From the IMG/VR virus record IMGVR_UViG_3300025117_000106, positions 1-46,389 of that record: a DNA stretch of 46,389 nt; one strand, given 5' to 3'. The DNA is from a virus (lineage: Duplodnaviria > Caudoviricetes). Every line of letters begins with the position of its first letter. The stretch's first letter is position 1. Of this stretch, positions 9,999-18,746 are shown piece after piece. The notes under the pieces were generated by a model that was not told the origin of the DNA, made no database searches, and was given only the letters and a program-made list of their open reading frames with translations. The position numbers were made by a program, and so were the translations under genes.

Positions 9999-10090
9999 TA
10001 AAACTATCCCTAACACTAATAACAGTAAGTGCTATTGCAAAAGGGTTTTGTGATAGTATAAAAGATAAAAATAAAAAGATAAAAGTATGA
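9995..10090 (+). pseudogene. 31-aa micro-ORF, probable truncated paralog of the membrane gene at 15757
   Basis: Translated by hand as MIKLSLTLITVSAIAKGFCDSIKDKNKKIKV*; ATGA overlaps at both ends; 'AKGFCDSIK' matches 'SKLLCDLIK' in ORF 15757. Confidence 0.55.
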
Positions 10091-10563
10091 GAAAAAACAT
10101 AGCCTCTGTAAAGGTTGTAAAACTACCAAGCGATTGGACTACAAGTACCAGTGATTTTGGGAATACGCCCTTTTTCGGTTCAGGGTTTAAGGTTATTTCT
10201 ACTCTTGATTTTATCAATGCTGTTAATGCAAACCCAAACCTAACAGGGAGACCACGAATCGGGACAGTAATAGACAACAGGTTAAAGATATTTCCTGTTC
10301 CAACTGCGGATTACGCCGGAGCCGAATTAGAGTTTCTTGTTTACTTAAAATCCGCAACAACAACGATTAGTAAGACAATAGAACCGGAACTACCTGAAGT
10401 ATTCGATAAGTGCTTGGAGTATTTTGCAACAAGTCAATTTCTTTCAGGGAAAGATCGAGTGCAATGGCAAAGCGATTACAGAAACGAACTAATGAGATTA
10501 CGCCCGATAGAACACAGAAAGCATTTTAATCTATCACGCCCAGCAATAACAGGATGGAAATAA
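10087..10563 (+). CDS. C-terminal part of a head-tail adaptor/ring protein (158 aa)
   Basis: 'TGRPRIGTVIDNRLKIFPVP...EPELPEVFDKCLEYFA' is the adaptor C-terminal signature; it lacks the N-terminal helices seen in ORF 4052. Confidence 0.75.
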   Translation: MRKNIASVKVVKLPSDWTTSTSDFGNTPFFGSGFKVISTLDFINAVNANPNLTGRPRIGTVIDNRLKIFPVPTADYAGAELEFLVYLKSATTTISKTIEPELPEVFDKCLEYFATSQFLSGKDRVQWQSDYRNELMRLRPIEHRKHFNLSRPAITGWK

Positions 10564-10566
10564 AAG

Positions 10567-11199
10567 ATGGCGACAAAAAAACTTGACACTCTCTGTACGG
10601 AGTTTATCAAAAGAATACCCGATCAACTAAGAGAATCTTTTACTCCGGGAATCGGCGCATTACCTAATGGTTACTTGCTTCCTGCCACTACAATACTTGA
10701 TTACGTGAATAGGGCTTTATATCAGTTATTTAATAATTTCTGGAAAAGTTCAGGAGGCGATCTCCAAACATTTATGAGAATATTCCCTGAACTTATACAG
10801 TTTACTTCAGCAGTAACGCTTGGTTCAGGGAATTATGATATTGCATCTCCATATAAAAATTTTTATAAAATAGTTGGTGCTGTAACTGAGGCGGGCAAAT
10901 ACATTAAAGTAAAAAACGAAGATTTATTTACTGTTTACTTAGCACAGGAATATGGAAATATTGCCCCGACACAAGACGATCCTGCGGTTATACAGGTAAA
11001 TCAAAGGCTTGCATTTTTTCCACAAAACCTAACAGGAACAATAAGGTTCCACTATATAGCACGACCAGTAAGCCCATTAACAGGAAATGCTTTAGAGCAA
11101 AACGGAAGTTACGATTCTCCATTTTTTGAGAGTTGGCACAACGATATAGTTGATATTGCATATATGAAATATTTACAAGAAACAAACGAAACAACCTAA
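10567..11199 (+). CDS. Head-tail adaptor/ring protein paralog 2 (210 aa)
   Basis: 'ILDYVNRAL...GNYDI...RLAFFP...IRFHYIARP...ESWHNDIVDIA' follows the complete adaptor/ring pattern. Confidence 0.7.
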   Translation: MATKKLDTLCTEFIKRIPDQLRESFTPGIGALPNGYLLPATTILDYVNRALYQLFNNFWKSSGGDLQTFMRIFPELIQFTSAVTLGSGNYDIASPYKNFYKIVGAVTEAGKYIKVKNEDLFTVYLAQEYGNIAPTQDDPAVIQVNQRLAFFPQNLTGTIRFHYIARPVSPLTGNALEQNGSYDSPFFESWHNDIVDIAYMKYLQETNETT

Positions 11200-11221
11200 A
11201 CAACCTAAAGGAGATTTTATC

Positions 11222-12121
11222 ATGGCATATACAACAAATCCACTTGGAAAATTATACACACTAATTACAGTTGTAAACACTATTGTACTTTGGTTAAAAA
11301 AAGAGACACAAAAAGAACTCGATCCGGAATTTGTTAAGGTACTTGTAAACCTTTCGGTCATGGATGTTTCTGAAATACTTTCCGGAGCAGGAAGTAGTGA
11401 TTATAGTAAGGATGTAGATGTAACAGATCAGGCGGGATCATCCACAACAACAATTAAACAGAACGCCACATATACGGAAGCAACAAGAAATGTTAATCTT
11501 ACAGCACACGGATTAGTTGCTGCTGCTATTGGAAAAAGAATAGCGATCTGGATAGGGACAACGAGGGCAGCAATAGCGGAAATAGAATCAATTATAGATG
11601 CAAATAATTTCATAATTACTAAAGCTCTTGGCGGAAATGGAACTGCCAACTATGCAGTATTCCCTTTCCATTCATCCACTACGATAGATTTATCTTCATT
11701 CAATATCGCACACGTAACAAAGGTATGGGATTCGGTAAATAATGAGGTAGTAGAGACCGGAGATAAGGAATTCGATAATCTTTACAGGTTCCCGACCAAA
11801 CAGAACAAAGTTTTTTATAATGTACGTGGACAATATATGCGTCTATATCAAGGGACTGATGTTGCTGCGATTGGTGATTTATTAATGACGTTTAACAGTT
11901 ATCCTCAGAAGACAGAAGAAGATGATGATACACTCGACATAAGGGATATGTACGTTCCATTAGTGATCTTGAAAGCAAAGAATTTTTGTGTCGAACACTT
12001 AGGGTTAACTGCACCGGAATCTCTCACAAACGCAATAGATCAAAAATCAAGAGAGATAAGAGAAAACATTATAAAAGAAAAAGAAATAGCTAATCAAAAG
12101 AATCAAGGAAAGATGTCGTAA
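11222..12121 (+). CDS. Head-tail adaptor/ring protein paralog 3 with an inserted beta domain (299 aa)
   Basis: 'VLVNLSV' N-helix, about 80-aa insert ('LTAHGL..IGKRI..IIDANNFII'), then 'YMRLYQ...DDTLDIRDMYVPLVILKA'. Confidence 0.65.
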   Translation: MAYTTNPLGKLYTLITVVNTIVLWLKKETQKELDPEFVKVLVNLSVMDVSEILSGAGSSDYSKDVDVTDQAGSSTTTIKQNATYTEATRNVNLTAHGLVAAAIGKRIAIWIGTTRAAIAEIESIIDANNFIITKALGGNGTANYAVFPFHSSTTIDLSSFNIAHVTKVWDSVNNEVVETGDKEFDNLYRFPTKQNKVFYNVRGQYMRLYQGTDVAAIGDLLMTFNSYPQKTEEDDDTLDIRDMYVPLVILKAKNFCVEHLGLTAPESLTNAIDQKSREIRENIIKEKEIANQKNQGKMS

Positions 12122-12148
12122 GAAATTGAAGAATAAAAAAGGGAATCT

Positions 12149-12706
12149 ATGTTCACAATAAAACAATTAGAAATATGGAAGCCAATTAAAGATTATGAAG
12201 GATTTTATGAAATCTCGAATTTTGGCAACGTTAAATCTTTAGCAAGAATAACTAACCATTATTGCGGGGGAGAGAAAATTCTTAAAACAAAAAGTAAATC
12301 TTCGGCTGGATATAACTTGGCATCATTATATAAAAATGGAGGGGGAAAAACTTTTTCTATCCATCAATTAGTCTGGGATCATTTCGGAGATACTCTAAGA
12401 GAGGGTCTTCAAATTGACCATATAGACAATGATAAAACAAATAATTATATAGCAAATTTACAACTATTATCTCAACGAGAAAACGTATCTAAAAAGTGTA
12501 AGGAAAAACCAAAATCAAGTGTTCATACGGGAGTTACGTGGCATAAAAAGAATAATAAATGGGGTACTTATTTTTCGATAAAAGAAAAAAGATACCATCT
12601 TGGTTATTATGTGGACGAGAATGAAGCCACATTAATGTATAAACAAGCAATAGGAAGTTTAGGAAATGATAGTTCAATCATTATCGGCAGACAGATACCA
12701 TCATAG
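12149..12706 (+). CDS. NUMOD4-HNH homing endonuclease with AP2-like C-terminus (185 aa)
   Basis: NUMOD4 'EIWKPIKDYEGFYEISNFGNVKS'; HNH 'IHQLVW..QIDHIDNDKTNNYIANLQ'; AP2-like 'GVTWHKKNNKW..HLGYY'. Confidence 0.92.
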   Translation: MFTIKQLEIWKPIKDYEGFYEISNFGNVKSLARITNHYCGGEKILKTKSKSSAGYNLASLYKNGGGKTFSIHQLVWDHFGDTLREGLQIDHIDNDKTNNYIANLQLLSQRENVSKKCKEKPKSSVHTGVTWHKKNNKWGTYFSIKEKRYHLGYYVDENEATLMYKQAIGSLGNDSSIIIGRQIPS

Positions 12707-12816
12707 CGTTAAGTTAAAGACGCTCGATAAATATGCAGCAGTAAACGGAACCGGATATTGGTTAAAAGTTTTAATTAAATGTTTAGTTAAATTATTATTT
12801 AAGCCCGAATATTATA

Positions 12817-15312
12817 ATGGCAAAACAACAATGGGAAGAAATAAACTTAGGTGATGCAGTTGGAATGGCATCAAATCCAGTTTCGCCAGGACAGAAATTT
12901 GCCAAACGCCTCCTGAATGTTCACCCGCACGTAAAGCCCGGCGCATTAACACTAAGACCGGGTTACTCATTAAAATACGCTCATCCAACAGATAGCACGA
13001 TTGACAGTCCATATTTTCTAAACTTTGCGCCCTTCTTCGACAGGCAAGCAGATCCCGAAGGACAGGAAATTATTTGTTTAGTCCAAAAAGGAATTGTAGA
13101 ACCGTTAGAAGGATCGGGACTATTAAGCGACACAATGCCAGGGTTACAGTATTGGGTAAGACCATATTGGGACGGAAGTAGTTGGGTAGATGATGATTGG
13201 CAATGGGTAAACAAAACTATCATTACTAAAATAACTGAAGTTGATGCAACTTATCTTTCACACTTTAAGATATTCGGAGATGCTATACTTAACGGATTAG
13301 AGAATGACGCACTTGTGGGCTGGACTATTTATAATAAAACTAAAGATCAATTTGCCAAAGTAATAACAAACAAATTTAACGGCTCAGATTTATGGATAAA
13401 CACTACTCTTTACAATAATGCATGGGAAGTTGATGATATTTTAATAATCTCAAGGATGTGGATAGATATTGATGCACAGACTGAGCTTTACAATAATGTA
13501 ACAAGAGAAGATATAGTTTTTCACAGAATCCTTAATGATTTAAGAATAGGATTTGGCGGGAAAGCAAACAGACCAGGAATCGCAATTGGGTATAGAAAGA
13601 AATATTTCCAGATAAGCGAAGTTGATTTCACTCCCCCTCTCAATGGCGATATAACAGCAGAAGCAATTGAATTATTTGCAAAGATTGATGGAGTTATGCT
13701 TGATACAAATGTTTTGAATAACTTTGATAATTACGGAATCGGATATGCAACTGCGACAGGTGATCTTCCAGCAGCTACTTATTATTTTAGACTTACAGGG
13801 ATAATAGACGGATATGCTGAACAACTTCTTGCCGAAACTCAAGTAGAACTAACTGATTCAGCTCACTACATTGAGTTATATCCATATATAGTTTTAGGCA
13901 GGGAAAATCCAAGAATAACCGGGTTCAAACTTTATAAAAGCACAGACAATATTACGTTTTATAAAATTAAAGAATATGTAGTGAAAACAGACGAGTATTC
14001 ATCTATTAATTGGAAAATTAACGCTTATGGGAAATTGATTCTTGGGGAGGATATTGAAATCGAATTACATACAGAAAGTAATGCTGCTTCAATAGCTTCA
14101 GAAATAAACTCAGAAGGTAGTTGGACTGATCCAGGATTCCCTTTCGTATTTAACACGACCACACCTGGAGCGGGAGGAAGCACATATACTTTGAGGCTTG
14201 CAATAGAGGTCGCCTCCTATCCTGCCCCTGATACTTTTCCAGGAACAAGATATCCGATAGATGGATTAAAAAGAAACACAAGCTACAACTTAACAGTATC
14301 GTTAAAATATTCAGAACTGGCAGGAGTTGAAGTATATGCTTATTTTGTCGGGGAATCACTTTTAGAAACAGGAAGACCCAAAACAATTTGGACTATTACA
14401 AATTCATTTGTGAGTTATTCCAAGACTATCTATACTGGTGAACTTATGGAAGAACCGAAATACTTGGTGATCGGTTCGTGTTTGCAAGAAATAGCGTCAT
14501 TATACATTGATTTAGTTTCGATAAAGGAGGCGGGATTAATCACCTATACAGGAGAAGAAGATGGTACTGAAATGAAAGATGAGATGGGTTACACCCCAAC
14601 TTATGATCTGGTTAAAGGATGGGATCAGGCATTAGTATCATTCAACGGAAGGGTTTATTACCTGAATCCTTACCTTGAAAAAAGATATGAAAACTTTCTT
14701 GTAGTTTCTCATATTGCTCCCCCTGCTACATTTATGCGGGACATTGCATCATTCAGTAATTTTAGAGAACTTGAAAAGTACGACAGCAACGAGACGTTAG
14801 CGATAGAACTTTTACAGAACAGGGAAATACTAATCCTAAAGGATGCCTCAATCACAACAATTGCAGATGATGGACTTATTGGACAGATAAGAGAACCGAT
14901 TTACGGAATAGGCTGCATATCGAGAGGCTCAGTTGTAAACATAAACGGACTTGTATTTTGGTGTGATGATGATGAAATATTTATGTTAAATATCGGAAGT
15001 TCGCTGATTCCCAAACCACTTCTTAAAGAAACGATCAGGGACTTGTATCTCGCAATCACAGACAAGGAAAAAATCTTCGGGACCAGAGGAAAGTTCAACA
15101 CATACAAGATAAGAATAAACGACAGTAGCCTTAAAACAGAATTCTTATTAACCGAGACAGGTTGGATAGAAGAAAGAAAATACCATTATCCTGAGATTTA
15201 CAGAGGCGGATTTAACAACAAACTATACTTTATGAATGCCGGGAACATCTATGAAGAATCAGCAGATTATTCACTAAGTGAAACAGATGCGCCATATGGA
15301 GGGAGTTCTTAA
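12817..15312 (+). CDS. Tail nozzle/tubular protein B-like (P22 gp10/T7 gp12 class) with inserted domains (831 aa)
   Basis: N-terminal 'LLNV..GALTLRPG'; propeller signature 'ILILKDASI..GIGCISRGSVVNINGLVFWCDDDEIF'; follows the adaptor genes. Confidence 0.7.
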   Translation: MAKQQWEEINLGDAVGMASNPVSPGQKFAKRLLNVHPHVKPGALTLRPGYSLKYAHPTDSTIDSPYFLNFAPFFDRQADPEGQEIICLVQKGIVEPLEGSGLLSDTMPGLQYWVRPYWDGSSWVDDDWQWVNKTIITKITEVDATYLSHFKIFGDAILNGLENDALVGWTIYNKTKDQFAKVITNKFNGSDLWINTTLYNNAWEVDDILIISRMWIDIDAQTELYNNVTREDIVFHRILNDLRIGFGGKANRPGIAIGYRKKYFQISEVDFTPPLNGDITAEAIELFAKIDGVMLDTNVLNNFDNYGIGYATATGDLPAATYYFRLTGIIDGYAEQLLAETQVELTDSAHYIELYPYIVLGRENPRITGFKLYKSTDNITFYKIKEYVVKTDEYSSINWKINAYGKLILGEDIEIELHTESNAASIASEINSEGSWTDPGFPFVFNTTTPGAGGSTYTLRLAIEVASYPAPDTFPGTRYPIDGLKRNTSYNLTVSLKYSELAGVEVYAYFVGESLLETGRPKTIWTITNSFVSYSKTIYTGELMEEPKYLVIGSCLQEIASLYIDLVSIKEAGLITYTGEEDGTEMKDEMGYTPTYDLVKGWDQALVSFNGRVYYLNPYLEKRYENFLVVSHIAPPATFMRDIASFSNFRELEKYDSNETLAIELLQNREILILKDASITTIADDGLIGQIREPIYGIGCISRGSVVNINGLVFWCDDDEIFMLNIGSSLIPKPLLKETIRDLYLAITDKEKIFGTRGKFNTYKIRINDSSLKTEFLLTETGWIEERKYHYPEIYRGGFNNKLYFMNAGNIYEESADYSLSETDAPYGGSS

Positions 15313-15744
15313 ATGGTTGACGCAGGAAACCCAATATACATAGACATAAAGTCTTCAGAAGTTATGATTAATGAAAATGGAAAGAGTAGTTCAAGATATG
15401 TTCTTGGTTATATTTCGGGAGAGTTTTCTAAGAATTTAAGTTTTAGTGATTTATATATTCAAGTATGGTTTAAGCGAGGCGTAGATATGGAATGGGAATC
15501 AGTTTTGTTTAAGCTCAACAGCAGGAGTAAGATATTCAGGGCGAAGATTCCGGCAGGGTTATTAGTTGCAACAGTTTGCATAGAAATGTACGGATCGATT
15601 ACTCCAGACCCAGATGATATAGAGACAGAGGAATTTGAGTTGACAGCGTTCAAACTTTCGGTAAAGGAAATGTCAGTTGGTAAATTTGGCGGTGAGCCTT
15701 TGCTGAGAGAAGATAGTCTTCCAGATAGCCCGGTAACTTCATAG
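15313..15744 (+). CDS. Probable separately encoded C-terminal nozzle domain (143 aa)
   Basis: Starts right after the upstream TAA in the same frame; beta-rich; ends 'FELTAFKLSV', like nozzle C-termini. Confidence 0.5.
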   Translation: MVDAGNPIYIDIKSSEVMINENGKSSSRYVLGYISGEFSKNLSFSDLYIQVWFKRGVDMEWESVLFKLNSRSKIFRAKIPAGLLVATVCIEMYGSITPDPDDIETEEFELTAFKLSVKEMSVGKFGGEPLLREDSLPDSPVTS

Positions 15745-15756
15745 AAAGGATAAATT

Positions 15757-16101
15757 ATGATTTACATAGTATTTGCAATTATCTTGTTTATAATAAATTT
15801 AGGTTCAAAACTTCTTTGTGATTTGATAAAGTTCAAACCAAAGTTATTTGAGAATGGAGAGGATGATAATTGGTGGTTGGCAACAGGCAAGTACAGGTAT
15901 GATTTAAGAACAGTTTGGACTAAGGGAGTATTGTCATTTATTAGTGATGGTTGGCATTTTGCAGATGCAGTAAGGAATATGAGTTTTATCCTAACGGTTA
16001 ATATTGTTTTCTCTTTGGTACTCGGTATAAGTTTATTGTGGTGCATAGTTGGTTACGCAATATTTGGTTTACTATTTAATCTTTTATACAAACTCTGGTA
16101 A
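15757..16101 (+). CDS. Membrane protein with DGWH motif (114 aa)
   Basis: Three hydrophobic segments and 'FISDGWHF'; at the start of the lysis cluster. Confidence 0.7.
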   Translation: MIYIVFAIILFIINLGSKLLCDLIKFKPKLFENGEDDNWWLATGKYRYDLRTVWTKGVLSFISDGWHFADAVRNMSFILTVNIVFSLVLGISLLWCIVGYAIFGLLFNLLYKLW

Positions 16102-16112
16102 AGGAAAATTAT

Positions 16113-16496
16113 ATGGATACTCTTGACCCAAAATTGAAAGAAATATTGTTAAAACTTCCAGGTGGATTTCTTGCTTGTCAGGAAGAATCTATCAGAAAGC
16201 ACGAAGAAATTCATAAAAAATTAACAGACTTAAACACGAAGATAGATGAGGCTGTTTACGTTAATCTTGCTAATGGTGATGGTAATCCGATGAAGGTAGC
16301 CAATATATTACCAACAATATACAAGGATGTTAAAGACTTAAAAGTTACAACTGAATTTTTAAGAGACTTCCAAAAATTACATAGCATATTCAAGAAATAT
16401 AAACTCTATTGGATTTTTGCTATAAGTATATTCTCATTGTTAGGGTTTGGGATAAAAGATGTAATAGTAGAAATTCTTAAAGGGGCAGTAAGATAA
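16113..16496 (+). CDS. Small coiled-coil protein with a C-terminal TM helix (127 aa)
   Basis: AAGGA SD; 'LYWIFAISIFSLLGFGI' TM segment. Confidence 0.7.
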   Translation: MDTLDPKLKEILLKLPGGFLACQEESIRKHEEIHKKLTDLNTKIDEAVYVNLANGDGNPMKVANILPTIYKDVKDLKVTTEFLRDFQKLHSIFKKYKLYWIFAISIFSLLGFGIKDVIVEILKGAVR

Positions 16497-16837
16497 TGGC
16501 TGAAAATACCGATAAAAATTATATCCACATAAAAGAATACTTTGAAAAAATAATTGATCTTCGTTTTGATGCGAACAGAAACGAACTAAATGCAAGCAAG
16601 GAAGTGTTGAAAAAGGATTTAGATCATTTGAATGCGCTTAGAACTGAGGTATTAACAGATAGATCGGAATTTATTAGGGCAGGTGTTTATAATGCAAAAG
16701 TAACTAACGATGATAAATGGCAAAGGGAAATAGATAAAAGATTGACAGTTATTGAAACAAGGTCAATCACTTATCCCGCAGCACTTGCATTATTTTTTAT
16801 AATCACACAAATAATGTTGTGGGTATTTAGCAAGTGA
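16496..16837 (+). CDS. Small coiled-coil protein with a C-terminal TM helix (113 aa)
   Basis: TAATG coupling; 'AALALFFIITQIMLWVF' TM segment. Confidence 0.7.
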   Translation: MAENTDKNYIHIKEYFEKIIDLRFDANRNELNASKEVLKKDLDHLNALRTEVLTDRSEFIRAGVYNAKVTNDDKWQREIDKRLTVIETRSITYPAALALFFIITQIMLWVFSK

Positions 16838-17082
16838 ATTGGATTAAAGAAAACATAAAACTATTTCTATCAATCTTCGGGACTGTAACGGCAGTAGGAG
16901 GATTTATAGTAGGAGTTTACGTTACGAGCATGACACTAAAGACAGACTTAGAAAATAACAAATACGCTATCCAGAGGGTAGAAAAAGTATTATCCGAACA
17001 GCAAGCGAGCTATGATAAAATGATGTGGTTCTTAATGAATCGCAAGCACGAAAAAATAATAAAAGCAGAAGGAGTTGAGTGA
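16834..17082 (+). CDS. Small protein with an N-terminal TM helix and coiled coil (82 aa)
   Basis: GTGA overlap; 'LFLSIFGTVTAVGGFIVGVYV'. Confidence 0.65.
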   Translation: MNWIKENIKLFLSIFGTVTAVGGFIVGVYVTSMTLKTDLENNKYAIQRVEKVLSEQQASYDKMMWFLMNRKHEKIIKAEGVE

Positions 17083-17273
17083 TGAGTTTAATAACATTGA
17101 TAATTGTTTTGGTTGTTGTTGGAGTGATTCTCTGGCTGATTAACAGCTACATTCCAATGCAAGCAACCATTAAGAAAATCTTGAATGCAGTTGTAATTAT
17201 TGTAGTAATTTTGTGGTTATTGTCCGCATTCGGAGTAATTGGAAGTTTAGACACAATAAGAATTGGTCGTTAA
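17079..17273 (+). CDS. Two-TM membrane protein, Thivi_2564-like (64 aa)
   Basis: 'LIIVLVVVGVILWLINSYIPM..IKKILNAVVIIVVILWLL' recognised as this family's pattern. Confidence 0.75.
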   Translation: MMSLITLIIVLVVVGVILWLINSYIPMQATIKKILNAVVIIVVILWLLSAFGVIGSLDTIRIGR

Positions 17274-17294
17274 TTAAATAAAAGGAGTTGAGTA

Positions 17295-17540
17295 ATGGAT
17301 ACTGCAAAAATAATTTATATGTATGTGCTGGGCGCAATCCTGGTTCTTGGATTTATAACCTTACTTGCAATTTTAATATTTGTACCAATACCGGAAACTA
17401 ATAACGAGTTGCTTTATTTGGCAATAGGTTCTTACCTAACCTTTGTTGGTTCGGTAGTTGGATATTTCTTTGGAACATCCAAGAGTTCAAGTGATAAGGA
17501 CAAAGTAATTTCAGAGCAATTGAAGAAAACCGATGTATAA
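17295..17540 (+). CDS. Holin-like two-TM protein (81 aa)
   Basis: Two TM helices ending 'VGYFFGTSKSSSDKD'; overlaps the endolysin start. Confidence 0.7.
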   Translation: MDTAKIIYMYVLGAILVLGFITLLAILIFVPIPETNNELLYLAIGSYLTFVGSVVGYFFGTSKSSSDKDKVISEQLKKTDV

Positions 17541-18105
17541 CCGAGAAACATTCTTTAATACTTATCGTACTGCCTTTGGTAAACTCACCCAAAAGCAAGT
17601 TGAGGGATTGGATTTCCTTTTAACAAAGTTAGAACAATCCACAAAAATTGACACGAACGCCAAACGCTCGTATGTGCTTGCTACGATCAAGTGGGAGACC
17701 GCAGACACATTTCAACCAGTTACAGAATACGGATCACAGAAATATCTAAAGAGTAAGAGATATTATCCTTTCATCGGGAGAGGGTATATCCAACTTACGT
17801 GGAAAGAAAATTACAGAAAATTTGGAGTTGCTCTTAAACTTGATCTTGTAAACAATCCTGAACTTGCGAACGAACCAGAGAATGCCTGGAAGATTCTTGA
17901 GGAAGGAATGACGGATGATCTCAGCGTACAAGATCCCGACTTCACTTCGTACACACTTGAGGATTTCTTCAAAGGTGATCGATATGATTTTATGGAGGCG
18001 AGAAAAATAATCAATCCCAAAGATTTTAAGAGTTACAAACCAATTGCAGAGATGGCAGAAAAGTTCTACAAATGTTTGAATGAAAGTAAAGAGGATGATG
18101 TATGA
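17533..18105 (+). CDS. Endolysin, glycoside hydrolase family 19 (chitinase-like) (190 aa)
   Basis: 'YVLATIKWET..FQPVTEYG' and 'GRGYIQLTWKENY' GH19 motifs; 'ARKIIN'. Confidence 0.88.
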   Translation: MYNRETFFNTYRTAFGKLTQKQVEGLDFLLTKLEQSTKIDTNAKRSYVLATIKWETADTFQPVTEYGSQKYLKSKRYYPFIGRGYIQLTWKENYRKFGVALKLDLVNNPELANEPENAWKILEEGMTDDLSVQDPDFTSYTLEDFFKGDRYDFMEARKIINPKDFKSYKPIAEMAEKFYKCLNESKEDDV

Positions 18106-18746
18106 AAACTATACCCTACATAATGATAATTGTTCTTATCGGATTATTGATGTACTCTCATTTCACAAAACCGGAAACATTACCGCCAGACGAAACAAAG
18201 ATCAAACAGCTTGAACAGGAAATAGCGGATAGAGATATCAGGATTAATAGTTTGAAGGAAGAAGTAAACCAGTTACTTGAGGAAAACAAAAAGATAGAAT
18301 ATATCATAGTCCAGGAAACCGCCTCTATTGACAGCGCAATTAAGAAGGATTCAACCCAAGCAATACCAGAGTACAGAAAAGCCATATTATTATTTGATTG
18401 GCTGCCTGACGGAACGCCCGAACTAACCTTCAGGGAAATCGGGATAGGGACTAAGATCATCACGAAAGCACACGGAATGCAGTTACAGATCAAAAACTAT
18501 CAAGACGCTTTTGAACTTGTTGAAGAAACAAACAAAAACTATGAAGGCAAAATATCGGGATTAGAAGACCTGATAAAACTAAAAGACATAAGTTCAGAAT
18601 ATTGGCATAATGAATTTAAGAAGACGCAGGGATTTTGGTACGATAGATTTGTGGTTACAGTTGGACCGGGAATTGGATATGGAGACAATAAATTTTCTCC
18701 TTTTATTGGAGTGATAGCAGGTGTAAAAATTTGGGGATCGGAATGA
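18102..18746 (+). CDS. Spanin-like protein (N-terminal TM, coiled coil, C-terminal amphipathic beta-hairpin) (214 aa)
   Basis: Directly after the endolysin; ends 'FVVTVGPGIGYG..FIGVIAGVKIW'. Confidence 0.6.
   Translation: MKTIPYIMIIVLIGLLMYSHFTKPETLPPDETKIKQLEQEIADRDIRINSLKEEVNQLLEENKKIEYIIVQETASIDSAIKKDSTQAIPEYRKAILLFDWLPDGTPELTFREIGIGTKIITKAHGMQLQIKNYQDAFELVEETNKNYEGKISGLEDLIKLKDISSEYWHNEFKKTQGFWYDRFVVTVGPGIGYGDNKFSPFIGVIAGVKIWGSE

Larger units (their letters stand above)
4279..10090 (+). mobile_element. Candidate 5.8-kb inserted cassette bounded by TATGA direct repeats, interrupting the adaptor gene
   Basis: TATGA at 4279-4283 and 10086-10090; joining them fuses ORF 4052 in frame to ORF 10087. 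No recombinase inside. Confidence 0.5.

Noticed and set aside
10003-10062. Loose hairpin (ACTATC...GATAGT) and TTGCAA-N16-TATAAA promoter-like match
   Set aside because: Weak, bulged pairing in AT-rich DNA; better explained by the 31-aa coupled ORF. An internal promoter cannot be excluded.
4280-10086. Cassette as a self-splicing group I/II intron or a transposon
   Set aside because: It is essentially fully protein-coding, with no room for a ribozyme core, no RT or transposase and no terminal inverted repeats seen.
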